NCBI GenBank assembly: GCA_011364985.1
Contig: RDOC01000001.1
Span: forward strand, 91,124-155,123
DNA: 64,000 nucleotides
From: Candidatus Thorarchaeota archaeon
Lineage (GTDB): Archaea > Asgardarchaeota > Thorarchaeia > Thorarchaeales > Thorarchaeaceae
Direction: 5' to 3'
Below, one piece after another: positions 18,679 through 28,539 of the stretch. The notes beneath the pieces were generated by a model. The model saw only the letters and a program-made list of their open reading frames with translations. It was not told the DNA's origin and ran no database searches. Every line of letters starts with the position of its first letter. Positions within the stretch are counted from its first letter, which is position 1. The position numbers and the translations under genes were made by a program.

Positions 18679-19651
18679 GTGGGAGAAGATGAGAATCCAA
18701 GAAAAAATGGAGACGCTCAGACGAGTAGGCATCAATCTCCTTGATTTTGAGATTGAATTGATTGGGTGTCTGTATCAGATTGGGGAAGGCTTCTCCAGCT
18801 GGGCCACTGCGACAGAGATTTGGCAACAGCTAACAAGCAGATCTGCAAAACCAAAGCAGATCTCTAAAGCATGGGTATATCGAGGGCTCAGCGAACTCGT
18901 AGAAAGAGGATTCATTCAGGTGGACCGAATAAATCGACCAATCAAGTTCATGATGACATCGGACACCCTAGTACAAGGAATTGAGCGAAAGAAGTCTGAG
19001 AAGAAGGAAGAGCTACTTGAAATGAGAAGAGTGCTTTCGAAGAGAGTCGATTCATTTGCTAGGATTGACGCTAAAGAATTGGCCACAGACCTGATGAATT
19101 ACCTGAAAGGAGAAGGGATGGCCGCAAAATCGGGAGTCATTGAAGGCATTGATAATGTTAGGGCTGTAATAGATCAAGAAATCGTTGGCAGAGCCCAAGC
19201 GGGAGACAAGATTTGGATAATCAATCCGATCTCTATACTGCAATTCGCTCAAATGAATAGCCCTACATATCGCAAGATCTTTGAGGCTACAGATCGCGAC
19301 GTCAATATCAGAGGCTTGCTAATTCTCACAGGAGAGGAAGAAACAACGAACCTCCCAAGAATAGACGTGCATATGACGAACACCATGAAGTTGTTTTTAG
19401 AGAGCATGCAACAAATGAGTATTGAGATTAGAGTCCTCCCTTCACAGGTCCGAACCTATAGAATGCTAGGTTTGAACAAGGAACGAATAATGCTGTACCT
19501 AAGTGATGTGGCTCAAGCTGACATTGCAGCGCTTATTCGTTACGAAGACAATCCATCCTTCGTGGAGGACGCAGCCAGTTCCTTCGAAAGACTATGGGAA
19601 CAGGGGCAGAACTTTCTTGCCCGCATGACGGAATTAGTTTCGGAATCATGA
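18659..19651 (+). CDS. TrmB-like transcriptional regulator, paralog 3
   Basis: 330 aa. wHTH (ATEIWQQL...VYRGLSELVERGFIQV), coiled coil, and a C-terminal domain ending in DAASSFERLWEQG. Candidate starts at 18659-18707 overlap or closely follow the paralog 2 stop (18678). Confidence 0.55.
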   Translation: MMTIMYRWEKMRIQEKMETLRRVGINLLDFEIELIGCLYQIGEGFSSWATATEIWQQLTSRSAKPKQISKAWVYRGLSELVERGFIQVDRINRPIKFMMTSDTLVQGIERKKSEKKEELLEMRRVLSKRVDSFARIDAKELATDLMNYLKGEGMAAKSGVIEGIDNVRAVIDQEIVGRAQAGDKIWIINPISILQFAQMNSPTYRKIFEATDRDVNIRGLLILTGEEETTNLPRIDVHMTNTMKLFLESMQQMSIEIRVLPSQVRTYRMLGLNKERIMLYLSDVAQADIAALIRYEDNPSFVEDAASSFERLWEQGQNFLARMTELVSES

Positions 19652-19668
19652 GTAGATGTCAGAAATCC

Positions 19669-20733
19669 TTAGTTTACAATCCAGTCCTGGCTCTTTGAGA
19701 GCATCAGAAAGATGTCATCGCATGCCGCTTCAAAGTCATCATATAGACCGTATTCTCCTCCAGCAGCATATACATGTCCCCCTCCACTGAAAAGCTTGGC
19801 TGCAGCATCACAAAGGATAGAATTACTGCCGCGCCTGATTCCTAGTAGTCCGCCTTGGCTAATAGTTATCAGAAGGTCTGCGACCTCCAGATTCTGGCCT
19901 TGAATCTGCAAGTTCTCAGCATCAGTCAAATAGGTGCCAATATCAGTAGTTGTAACGCCACTTGGAATTTCTACAACACGAACAAGTTTTCCATGAATCC
20001 TCTGATCACAATGTCCAGACAGTGCCTTCCTCATGCGCTTAAGACGCTCCTTGCGATATTGATGGACTTGTCTGTCCAGAAGTTCGTTTCTGAATCGCTT
20101 CGTAGAATCATTCCAGACTCCAGCAATACCATCCTCTGCCAGACTCTTGAGAAGAGGAAGAAGGGCTTCAGTGACATCTTCCTTTCTTGCAATGGAGTTG
20201 AATCTGCTGATGGACACTGCATCAGTCAAAGCAATAGCGGCATCTATCTGTCGCAGATTGAAGTCGGTGTCATGGGCAATTGAGGCAAGTTCCTCACATA
20301 TCTTGTCCCTTGGCATGAGAACCTTGTAGGCGATCTCCGCCGCGCAATAGTTGTGATTGATTCTCAGAATCGGTTTGTTTCCGAGAGACAAGATGGACTT
20401 GACAGCTCGAGGAGACCATTGATGATGGTCAAGCCAGACCACACGGCAGCCTTGCTGAATTGCACGTGATAATCCAGTTTGGGCCAATTCCACGGTAGTT
20501 TCGTCCATGCCCAAATCAGTAATAACGATCAGGGTATTTCGCCTTGATGATACGCTTGAAAACACCTGTTCGAACGAACCATAATCAGTGAGCTCAACGT
20601 CGTATTCAAGGGTCTTTGATTTGGCATATCTCCATACAATCGCTGATGAAGCTATGCCATCAACGTCTTTGTCATGGGAAATCGAGAGCAAGGATGCTAT
20701 TCTGTCCTTGGTGCTCTTTGGCTCAGAGGTCAT
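19669..20733 (-). CDS. DHH/DHHA1 family phosphoesterase (NrnA/RecJ-like)
   Basis: DKDVDGIASSAI, ITDLGMD, WLDHHQW and SGGGHVYAAGG motifs. The track ORF extends to 20826, but MTSEPKS at 20733 is the likelier start. Confidence 0.7.
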   Translation of the reverse strand: MTSEPKSTKDRIASLLSISHDKDVDGIASSAIVWRYAKSKTLEYDVELTDYGSFEQVFSSVSSRRNTLIVITDLGMDETTVELAQTGLSRAIQQGCRVVWLDHHQWSPRAVKSILSLGNKPILRINHNYCAAEIAYKVLMPRDKICEELASIAHDTDFNLRQIDAAIALTDAVSISRFNSIARKEDVTEALLPLLKSLAEDGIAGVWNDSTKRFRNELLDRQVHQYRKERLKRMRKALSGHCDQRIHGKLVRVVEIPSGVTTTDIGTYLTDAENLQIQGQNLEVADLLITISQGGLLGIRRGSNSILCDAAAKLFSGGGHVYAAGGEYGLYDDFEAACDDIFLMLSKSQDWIVN

Positions 20734-20844
20734 AGCGCATTCGTACTTTAACCCAAAAGAACCCTTTTTTTTCTTTCTTTGCTGCACCAAGAAAAACATG
20801 CATGTCGGAAGTGTTTTCTGATGCAATTACATCGGTGATGTGGA

Positions 20845-22737
20845 ATGATGATAATGGAATCCAGTTCCGGGTCCAAGGTTCTAATGAGTGGGAACGAGGC
20901 AATAGCCCGTGGAGCACTTGAAGCGGGGATTTGTTTTTGCGCGTCCTATCCTGGTACTCCCTCAACGGAGATTGCTGCTGCTTTGATGAAGTCCTCACAG
21001 AACCATGATATCTATGTGGAGTGGAGTGTGAACGAAAAGGTTGCACTTGAGGCCTGTGTGGCAGCAAGCTGGGCAGGAATTCCCGCCTTATGTTCAATGA
21101 AATCATTGGGTTTGAATGTAGCAGCAGACTTTCTTTTGAATGTTAATCTCTCAGGAACAGGTGCCGGAGGTGTTGTACTTGTTGTTTGTGATGATCCAAG
21201 AGGGCACAGCTCCAGTAACGAGCAGGACTCAAGATTCTACGCCAAGGCGGCCTATCTGCCACTTCTGGAGCCAAGTACATGCCAACAAGCTAAGGATGTC
21301 ATCTCAATAGCTCTTGCCCTCTCACAGAAGCATAGGATCCCGGTAATCGTCAGAAGCACAACCCGATTAAGCCATTCTCGCTCAGTGGTTAAACTCAGAG
21401 AGATTGCCTCAGCCACATGTACTACATCAGAAGAACTGGCTAATGCGCCATATAATGTACCAAATCCGCATCTGAAACACCAAGAGCTTGGGATGAAACT
21501 CAAGGAGATAGCACAAGATTTCGAGAAGTCCAAACTCAATTCTGTTTCAGGAGGAGAAAATACAGACACACTCATTATTGCGAGTGGTGTTGCTTTTCGT
21601 TATACTAAGGAAGCTGTTGACCTTCTCAACATTCCTTCTGTACAGATAGTTAATCTACTCACATCACATCCCCTTCCTCAGAAGGATGTAGTAGACTGGA
21701 TTAAGAATCGGCAGAAGGTGTTATTTGTTGAGGAAGTTGATCCTTTCATTGAGGATGGGGTGTTGGCTATCGCCGCCGAGCTACACTTGGACGAAATACC
21801 GACATTCTCAGGAAAGAGAAATGGTGTAGTTCCGTTCTTCGGAGAACTTGACACAAATACTGTCATGGATGCGTTGCGGTCCATTCAGGGAATTCCCCAG
21901 AAACATCAGGACGAACAGGATCTGAACACACTCAAATTGGCAAGACAGATGCTGATTCCAAGACGTTTGACCTTTTGTGCTGGGTGCACTCACCGGAATG
22001 TATACTGGGCTCTTGGGAGAGTGAAGAGGCGAATCAAAGAAGGATTGATTGTCACAGGGGATATCGGTTGCTATTCCTTGGGTGTGTTTTACAACGAGGC
22101 GATGAACACAATGCAGGCAATGGGCTCAGGAATTGGTACAGCCAGCGGTCTAGGGCAACTAGAACGGTTCGGTCTGAAGCAGAAGGTGGTGACGGTTGCC
22201 GGAGACTCGACTTTTTTCCATGCTTGCTTGCCAGGGCTCGTAAATGCCAAACACAAGAACGCAAACATGACATTTCTGATTCTTGATAACTCAACGACTG
22301 CAATGACGGGATTCCAACCTAATCCTGGCACTTCCAAGCAAAGGCTAGGTAACACTGTTGTCAGCATAGAAAGCATCGTAAGAGCAATTGAACCGTCGCA
22401 TTTTGAAATCATAAATGCAGTAGATATTGACGCTATGATTGAAACGATTCACAAGGCAGTAGAGATAGATGGTCTGAAAGTCATTCTAGTCAACAGCGTC
22501 TGCAGACTAGAGGAGCAACGGCTAGGGAAAACCCATGAGGAGTTTTCACGTGTTGTCGTTGATATCAACTTGTGCAAGGGAGAGAACTGCAGAATATGCA
22601 CCGACCAATTTTCCTGTCTGGCAATAGGATGGAATGAGAACCTCAAGAAGGCGGAGGTCATTGAGAACTTGTGCATTCGTTGCGGTGCCTGTATCCCAGT
22701 GTGTCCACATGACGCAATTAAGGGGGCAGAACCATGA
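20845..22737 (+). CDS. iorA: Indolepyruvate:ferredoxin oxidoreductase alpha subunit
   Basis: 630 aa. N-terminal SGNEAIARGALEAGICFCASYPGTPSTEI, a TPP-binding GDIGCY...GDSTFFH segment, and a C-terminal 2x[4Fe-4S] region (CKGENCRIC...CIRCGACIPVCP). It forms a two-subunit arrangement with the next gene. Confidence 0.8.
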   Translation: MMIMESSSGSKVLMSGNEAIARGALEAGICFCASYPGTPSTEIAAALMKSSQNHDIYVEWSVNEKVALEACVAASWAGIPALCSMKSLGLNVAADFLLNVNLSGTGAGGVVLVVCDDPRGHSSSNEQDSRFYAKAAYLPLLEPSTCQQAKDVISIALALSQKHRIPVIVRSTTRLSHSRSVVKLREIASATCTTSEELANAPYNVPNPHLKHQELGMKLKEIAQDFEKSKLNSVSGGENTDTLIIASGVAFRYTKEAVDLLNIPSVQIVNLLTSHPLPQKDVVDWIKNRQKVLFVEEVDPFIEDGVLAIAAELHLDEIPTFSGKRNGVVPFFGELDTNTVMDALRSIQGIPQKHQDEQDLNTLKLARQMLIPRRLTFCAGCTHRNVYWALGRVKRRIKEGLIVTGDIGCYSLGVFYNEAMNTMQAMGSGIGTASGLGQLERFGLKQKVVTVAGDSTFFHACLPGLVNAKHKNANMTFLILDNSTTAMTGFQPNPGTSKQRLGNTVVSIESIVRAIEPSHFEIINAVDIDAMIETIHKAVEIDGLKVILVNSVCRLEEQRLGKTHEEFSRVVVDINLCKGENCRICTDQFSCLAIGWNENLKKAEVIENLCIRCGACIPVCPHDAIKGAEP

Positions 22738-23339
22738 AGAACCAGTACAATATTCTAATCGCTGGAGTGGGAGGACAGGGAAACCTAGTGTGTGGGTGTG
22801 TCCTAGCAGAGGCGGCCCTTCAGCAAGGGCTCACTCCCACCACTGGAGAAACTTTCGGAGCCTCTCGGCGTGGTGGCACAGTCCTGACACATCTGCGTCT
22901 AGACGCGGATGATTTGGGACCCCTAATCCCGCGAGAACAACTTGACCTGTTGCTGGGACTAGAACCGCTAGAGTCCCTTAGAGCTGCAGTTGATCTAGCC
23001 ACATCACGTACCACAGCAATAATCAGCATGACCAAGATTGAAACCCCAGAGTCAATTGCAGGCAAAGTGAAGTATCCAGAGATTACAGAGATTAAGAGAT
23101 CTCTTCGAGCCATTTGCGGAAAGGTCTATTCTCTCGATCCCGGCCGAATCTTTGCTGAGACAGGCACAAGACGTGCACTGAATGCATACATGCTTGGTGC
23201 GATGGTCACCAGTGGAGTGACCTCGCTCACTGAGGAGCACATCCTAAGGGCGATTCAAACGACCTTGAAAGAATGGGATCTCAATCGTGTTGCTTTTGAG
23301 GCCGGTAAGAAGGACTTCAGGAGCTTGGTAGACCTCTAA
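22734..23339 (+). CDS. iorB: Indolepyruvate:ferredoxin oxidoreductase beta subunit
   Basis: 201 aa with NILIAGVGGQGNLVCGCVLAEAA (gamma-domain GGQG motif). Overlaps the iorA stop (ATGA). Confidence 0.75.
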   Translation: MKNQYNILIAGVGGQGNLVCGCVLAEAALQQGLTPTTGETFGASRRGGTVLTHLRLDADDLGPLIPREQLDLLLGLEPLESLRAAVDLATSRTTAIISMTKIETPESIAGKVKYPEITEIKRSLRAICGKVYSLDPGRIFAETGTRRALNAYMLGAMVTSGVTSLTEEHILRAIQTTLKEWDLNRVAFEAGKKDFRSLVDL

Positions 23340-25660
23340 TCACTTTTCATCTTCTTGGCCTCTGTTGCACGCCGCGCCTCTCTCCACATCAATTCTGAGA
23401 GAACGTGAAACATATCGGCAACTCCGTCACCCGTCTTCGCACTGCTCTCCATATAGAGAAAGCCCTGGTCCTCGGCCCATCGCTTTGCCTCGTCGGACGG
23501 CACTGCACGGTCAGGAAGGTCGATCTTGTTGCCCACCACTATCATCGGCACTCTTGTGCCAACGGACTCGTCTGCCTCCGTGACCCATTTTGATAACTCT
23601 GTGAAGGACCGCCGACGTGTCACGTCAAAGACAAGAATGACGCCAGCTGCACCGCTGTAGTACATCTTCCGTACAGCCTTGAATCGCGCCTGACCGGCCA
23701 CATCCCACGCCTGCAGTTTTATGCCCACGGCGTAATCGGTTTCGGAGGGCGATATATGGGCGAGTTTGACGGCGAACTGACTTCCGATCGTGGTTTTGTA
23801 ATCACGCTCAAATACACCAGTCACATAGCGATTGACGAGAGTTGTCTTGCCCACAGCACCCTCCCCAGTTACCATCACCTTGAACAGATAGGTATAGGTA
23901 TCGCTGGGTGTGCCAGGTCGAGGGGGTTTTGGTGTCCTACTTCTAATCTCAGTCACGAGCAGGCTCTCTGCGGTGGTTTCGTCCACCACGGGTATCGGTG
24001 TGACCTCAGCAGCAGATTCTTCAATCATCGCAGACACATCATCAAATTCGGACAGGGCTTGTGTGCCCTCTTCCTCAATTCCAAAGAGCTGGTCCAGAAG
24101 TTCTTCGGCGGCCTTCAGAGACTCGGACGAGTCATCGGAAGCGGTGGTACGCAGAATCTCTGCAGCCTTTTGTCTGGTGACCTCACCAAAGCCAGTTCCA
24201 CTAACAGGGGTGAAGGGGGACTCCTCTTCGATTATCGTTTCAGTTGGAGTGAATTCGACACTGGACTGCATCATCACTGAGGGCTCAGCTGCTGGGGCAG
24301 CAATCACTGCACCTTCTTCCACAAGAATAGCGGTTTCTGGTGTGGTGACCTGCTTGACCTGTCCCGTGGCGTCCGTCCACATGAGAACGATAGGTCTGAT
24401 AATAACGGATCCCTCGCTCTTTGGTGCGAGCTGAAGTTCTAGGCATTTTGTTTCACCCGGTCCAAGGTCGAAGCGAATCTGTTCCGGTGTAACATCTAAA
24501 TAGTCCTTGGGAAACCAGTAAAGCTTTCCTGTGATTCCATGGATAGGCTGATCGGACACATTTACTAGAGTGAGCCTTCCAGTAAGGTCTGCACTTGTCT
24601 TTACTTCAGTGCTCACTTCAAACTTCGGAATGATTTGATATAGTCCCTGAAAGGCCTTCAGCGGCCCGTCGGAGACCCCTACCAGAATCTCTTTCCTATC
24701 ATCCCGGTTTGCGTCCCCAACGCTTATTGAAAGAATCTTCATATCCAAGTCCATGGACGCAATCTGTTGGAACTCAGCCATCTGTAGGTTGTAGACCACA
24801 ACCTTATGATCGGAAGTCGCAATGATGAGTTCATCCATGTGGTCTGCATTGACCTCTTCAATCCTGACAGATAAGGCCTTGACATTCTCCAGCTTTGTGA
24901 ACAGGTCCAGCTTGCTCTCTTCATTCCGATAAACACGTACGGAGCCATCGCGAGTGACGACGCCGAGTTCCATCTTGCGGTCTCCGAGGACATCACCAGC
25001 AGCGACTGAGATGACAGGACTTGGCAGGTTAAGTACCTCAATCTGTTCAATGGAGTGATTTCGTACCTTGAACACTCTGAGTGTCTTGTCAAGATTCCCC
25101 GTGACTATCTCATCAATCTCATCCCCGATTACATCACAGGTACCGATCGCGATGGGCATATCCTCTAGTTGATGCTTGAGATATTCTGTGAGATTGTTGT
25201 CAGTGTCCATCTTGTAAATTCGAAGTGTAGAGTCACTTGCACCAACTAGAATCTCATTCTTGTTGTCCCCCGTCACGTCTGTGACATACACTGCTGTTAC
25301 AAAGGTTCCAACAGCTTTCTCTGCAAGGAGTTCTAGTTGACCGCTTGGTGCATATCGGTAGACTTGGACAGTACCAGCCTCACCCTCCACATCCTGAGGA
25401 CCCAGACTTCTTCCAACGACTATCTCCATGAAACCGTCGTTGTTTGCATCTGAAACTTTGGCTGAGAGAATACTTCCTTCGAGGTCTTTTTGGGCCAAGA
25501 ACTTGGTTTCACCATTGATTACTTCATAGAGCTTCAAAACGCCGTCTCTGTCCCCAGTGCAAATCTGTGAACTACCTGAACCAGTGATGCTTCCTACCGC
25601 AATAGCGCTTGTGCTCCTGTCATCTTCAACTTCGAAAAGAATCCTTGGCGAGGACAACAT
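23336..25660 (-). CDS. Multidomain protein: seven FG-GAP/VCBS-like repeats (predicted beta-propeller), beta-sandwich domain, acidic linker, C-terminal Rab/Ras-like small GTPase
   Basis: 774 aa. Residues 1-340 carry seven repeats with D-x-N/D-x-D-x-x-x-E-I/L-hydrophobic-V-G loops (SDANNDGFMEIVVG, TDVTGDNKNEILVG, CDVIGDEIDEIVTG, AGDVLGDRKMELGV, EEVNADHMDELIIA, VGDANRDDRKEILVG). Residues 589-760 carry all G motifs: GEGAVGKT (G1), YKTTIG (G2), WDVAGQ (G3), GNKID (G4) and SSAKTG (G5). There is no C-terminal Cys prenylation motif. Confidence 0.75.
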   Translation of the reverse strand: MLSSPRILFEVEDDRSTSAIAVGSITGSGSSQICTGDRDGVLKLYEVINGETKFLAQKDLEGSILSAKVSDANNDGFMEIVVGRSLGPQDVEGEAGTVQVYRYAPSGQLELLAEKAVGTFVTAVYVTDVTGDNKNEILVGASDSTLRIYKMDTDNNLTEYLKHQLEDMPIAIGTCDVIGDEIDEIVTGNLDKTLRVFKVRNHSIEQIEVLNLPSPVISVAAGDVLGDRKMELGVVTRDGSVRVYRNEESKLDLFTKLENVKALSVRIEEVNADHMDELIIATSDHKVVVYNLQMAEFQQIASMDLDMKILSISVGDANRDDRKEILVGVSDGPLKAFQGLYQIIPKFEVSTEVKTSADLTGRLTLVNVSDQPIHGITGKLYWFPKDYLDVTPEQIRFDLGPGETKCLELQLAPKSEGSVIIRPIVLMWTDATGQVKQVTTPETAILVEEGAVIAAPAAEPSVMMQSSVEFTPTETIIEEESPFTPVSGTGFGEVTRQKAAEILRTTASDDSSESLKAAEELLDQLFGIEEEGTQALSEFDDVSAMIEESAAEVTPIPVVDETTAESLLVTEIRSRTPKPPRPGTPSDTYTYLFKVMVTGEGAVGKTTLVNRYVTGVFERDYKTTIGSQFAVKLAHISPSETDYAVGIKLQAWDVAGQARFKAVRKMYYSGAAGVILVFDVTRRRSFTELSKWVTEADESVGTRVPMIVVGNKIDLPDRAVPSDEAKRWAEDQGFLYMESSAKTGDGVADMFHVLSELMWREARRATEAKKMKSD

Positions 25661-25776
25661 AGATTACCATCCATTCGCTAATGAGGATAGTGACCTTCTG
25701 CTAGGCAAATGGTATCTACCCTGATACCAGAAACTTCGTAAGCCGCCTTTTTGAACCTTGCTAGGTTTTAGTCCAT

Positions 25777-26652
25777 TTGTGCAATTCAAGGAGAAATGCA
25801 AATGATACAGTATTTAACCCACTTTCTTCCAAGAAAGGGCAGGTGTCCAGCTTGCCGAGATTGTCAGTTCAGGGGATATGGAAAGCGTACCCAAACGAAG
25901 AAGATGGGGAAACATTAGTACTTGAGGACATAAGCTTCGAGGTGAAGAATGGCGAGTTCCTCAGTATTGTAGGTCCGTCTGGATGCGGTAAGACGACTTT
26001 GCTCAAGATCATCGCGGGCCTTCTTGAGCCGGATAAGGGGCATGTTTCAATAGACAATGTACAAGTGAAGCCTGGCCACAATCAAGCTGGTTACATCTTT
26101 CAGCAGGAGTCGCTATTCCCTTGGCGCACTGTAAGGCAAAATATTGCATTTGGTCTTGAGATAGCAGAGATCCAAGAACCCGAAAAGAACCGCTCAATCG
26201 ATGAAATTGTTTCTATTGTAGGAATGAGAGGCCTTGAGGACAATTTTCCCCACGAGATTTCAGGCGGGCAAGCTCGTAAGACGGAAATGGCGCGCAGTCT
26301 CGTCACGAAGCCAGACATATTGATAGCGGATGAAGCACTATCAAACTTGGATGCCCAGACGAGAAACTACCTTCAAGAGGAGCTCATGAGGATAAGCCAA
26401 GAAACTGGGTCAACGGTGCTCTTTGTCTCGCATAATGTGGATGAAGCTGTCTTTATGTCTGATAGAATACTTGTAATGAGTAATCTTCCTGGGAAGTTGA
26501 TTGCTGAGTTTAGCATCGATCTTCCGAAGCCTCGCATCAGAACCTCACCCGAGTGCCTTTCATATCGCGCGCGAATTCTCGACCTCCTGAAAGTGGAGCA
26601 AGAAAAAGCCATGAGAGATCAAGCTAGACTGAAACCGCCTGTCGCCACCTAA
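25777..26652 (+). CDS. ABC transporter ATP-binding protein (NitT/TauT nitrate/sulfonate/bicarbonate family)
   Basis: GPSGCGKTTLL (Walker A), ISGGQARK (signature) and ILIADEALSNLD (Walker B). The start is uncertain; TTG 25861 (MSVQGIWKAY) is plausible. Confidence 0.8.
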   Translation: MCNSRRNANDTVFNPLSSKKGQVSSLPRLSVQGIWKAYPNEEDGETLVLEDISFEVKNGEFLSIVGPSGCGKTTLLKIIAGLLEPDKGHVSIDNVQVKPGHNQAGYIFQQESLFPWRTVRQNIAFGLEIAEIQEPEKNRSIDEIVSIVGMRGLEDNFPHEISGGQARKTEMARSLVTKPDILIADEALSNLDAQTRNYLQEELMRISQETGSTVLFVSHNVDEAVFMSDRILVMSNLPGKLIAEFSIDLPKPRIRTSPECLSYRARILDLLKVEQEKAMRDQARLKPPVAT

Positions 26653-27466
26653 GCAGACGTTGTTCTATTCTAAGAAATCCGTAGCTGAAAATGAAACCGA
26701 TCAGACCGATAACTAGCATGGTTGCTATGACCTCTGCTGTCCTCCCAACCTGCCAGCCATCCCATACGAGATATCCAAGACCAAGGCCTCCTCCAATCAT
26801 CTCTGCAGCCATGAGACACATCCAACCTATTCCAAACCCAATACGCAGACCCGAGAACATCTCGGGGGCAGCAGAGGGGATAACAACCTTTGCCAGAATT
26901 TCCGATTCCGTCGCTCCAAAGGTCTTTGCAACATCAATGTGGACAGGTTCGGTTCTCTTTACTCCTGTGGTTGTATCGATTAGAATAGGAAAGAAAGCTC
27001 CCACCCAAATGACGAACACCTGCGCACCAAGAAGATTCCCCGTGAAAACAATAAGTGCCAGAGGAATCCAAGCAATGGGTGGGATGGGTCGCATTGCGTC
27101 AATCACAGGTCCAAGAATAGCATCAACAGCCTTATAGCGCCCAACTGCTATTCCTAGGGGGATTCCAGTCAAAGCTGCTGCTAGAAAGCCGAGAAGTACT
27201 CTTGTCACACTCAACGCAGAATGGAACAGAAGAACCCTGTTATCACTATCGCCCTCAATCATCAGCTTTACAAAGGCCTGTGCGATATCGATGAGGGAAA
27301 CTCTTGATGGAATAGCAATTACCTGCCAAAGAAGAATTAGGACAATTGTTGGGAAAACTGCCCTATATAGGAAACCACGAAGAGCCATTAACCTAGCCTT
27401 TTCTCGCTTATGGACTTCTTTCTCTTGTCTTCTGTCGTCAGCAGCAAGGGCAGATTCTGATGCCAT
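26624..27466 (-). CDS. ABC transporter permease (NitT/TauT family)
   Basis: 280 aa, multi-TM, with BPD-type permease features. Its 3' end overlaps the convergent ATPase gene by 29 nt. Confidence 0.7.
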   Translation of the reverse strand: MASESALAADDRRQEKEVHKREKARLMALRGFLYRAVFPTIVLILLWQVIAIPSRVSLIDIAQAFVKLMIEGDSDNRVLLFHSALSVTRVLLGFLAAALTGIPLGIAVGRYKAVDAILGPVIDAMRPIPPIAWIPLALIVFTGNLLGAQVFVIWVGAFFPILIDTTTGVKRTEPVHIDVAKTFGATESEILAKVVIPSAAPEMFSGLRIGFGIGWMCLMAAEMIGGGLGLGYLVWDGWQVGRTAEVIATMLVIGLIGFIFSYGFLRIEQRLLRWRQAVSV

Positions 27467-27543
27467 GTCAATAAATAAGAGAACGTGGCATGCTTTTGTT
27501 TCTGCCGTTTTACACCATCCAAATCAGATGACGGATAGCCGAG

Positions 27544-28539
27544 CTAGCCTAATGCTTCCTCAATGTATGTTGTGTTAACAAAATCATGAATGAATGTAGG
27601 TGTGTCAGCAGGTATTTTATCTGAGTTAAGCAGCTCTTGGTCAATCAAGAAGTCGAGATACATTTCCAAGCCAGTATTGTTCACATTGTAGTCGTAGATG
27701 ATGCGGCTGAATGCTGTTTCGACGGGCTCTATCTCCATCTCAAGCCAGTCAACAGCTATTGCTACTGCCTCGGTTGGGTGTGTGATGATCCATTCCTGTG
27801 CCCGTACATGAATCTCAACGATTTTCTGAACTATATCTGGATGAAGGTTCATGAACTGATTTGCAGCTGCCAAAACACAGCAAGGATGCCGAGACCAAAT
27901 CTGACCTGAGAGCAGCAACGGCTCTGCTAGACCATCATATTCAGCCTTAGCGTTGAAGGGTTCCCATGCGACAAATGCGGGGATGTCTTCTGATAGAGAA
28001 CTAGCCATGTAAACCGGAGATGTTGTGTGGGTCCCGCTTAAATCAGTGAAATCTAGACCTGCTTGGTCAAGTGCCAGCCTAAGAAGGAAATTTTGAACAG
28101 TTGAAGACCCAGGCTGGTATACACCCTTTCCAGCAAGATCGGAAATACAAGTGATGGCTCCAGAATCATAGTCTGACTTGCGAACCATAATGGCTGAGCC
28201 CTCTAGATTTGCAGCGGCAAGAACAGTGATGAGGATATCTTGATTGATACGTTTCGTGAGAGCAGGAGCAGCTCCCAAATACCCCATATCGATTTGATCC
28301 CCAAGAAAACCATCCATTTCCAATGCACCATTCTGGAAAGTCACGAGGCCGACTCGAATCCCAGCCTCTTCAAACCAATCATTCTCCAGTGCGACACGCA
28401 AGGCAAGCTGATGAAGATCCTTGGAGAGATATCCAATCCTGACATCAGGGACTGATGTGACATACCAGAATGCGCCCAGCAGGGCAGCACCACCGATTAC
28501 TGCGATTATTCCAATAGCAAGTGCCTGCTGTTTGTTCAT
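27544..28539 (-). CDS. ABC transporter substrate-binding protein (NMT1/THI5-like, NitT/TauT family)
   Basis: MNKQQALAIGIIAVIGGAALL signal/anchor from ATG 28539, with GAGG upstream, followed by a periplasmic-binding-protein-like body. The track ORF extends to 28578. Confidence 0.65.
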   Translation of the reverse strand: MNKQQALAIGIIAVIGGAALLGAFWYVTSVPDVRIGYLSKDLHQLALRVALENDWFEEAGIRVGLVTFQNGALEMDGFLGDQIDMGYLGAAPALTKRINQDILITVLAAANLEGSAIMVRKSDYDSGAITCISDLAGKGVYQPGSSTVQNFLLRLALDQAGLDFTDLSGTHTTSPVYMASSLSEDIPAFVAWEPFNAKAEYDGLAEPLLLSGQIWSRHPCCVLAAANQFMNLHPDIVQKIVEIHVRAQEWIITHPTEAVAIAVDWLEMEIEPVETAFSRIIYDYNVNNTGLEMYLDFLIDQELLNSDKIPADTPTFIHDFVNTTYIEEALG

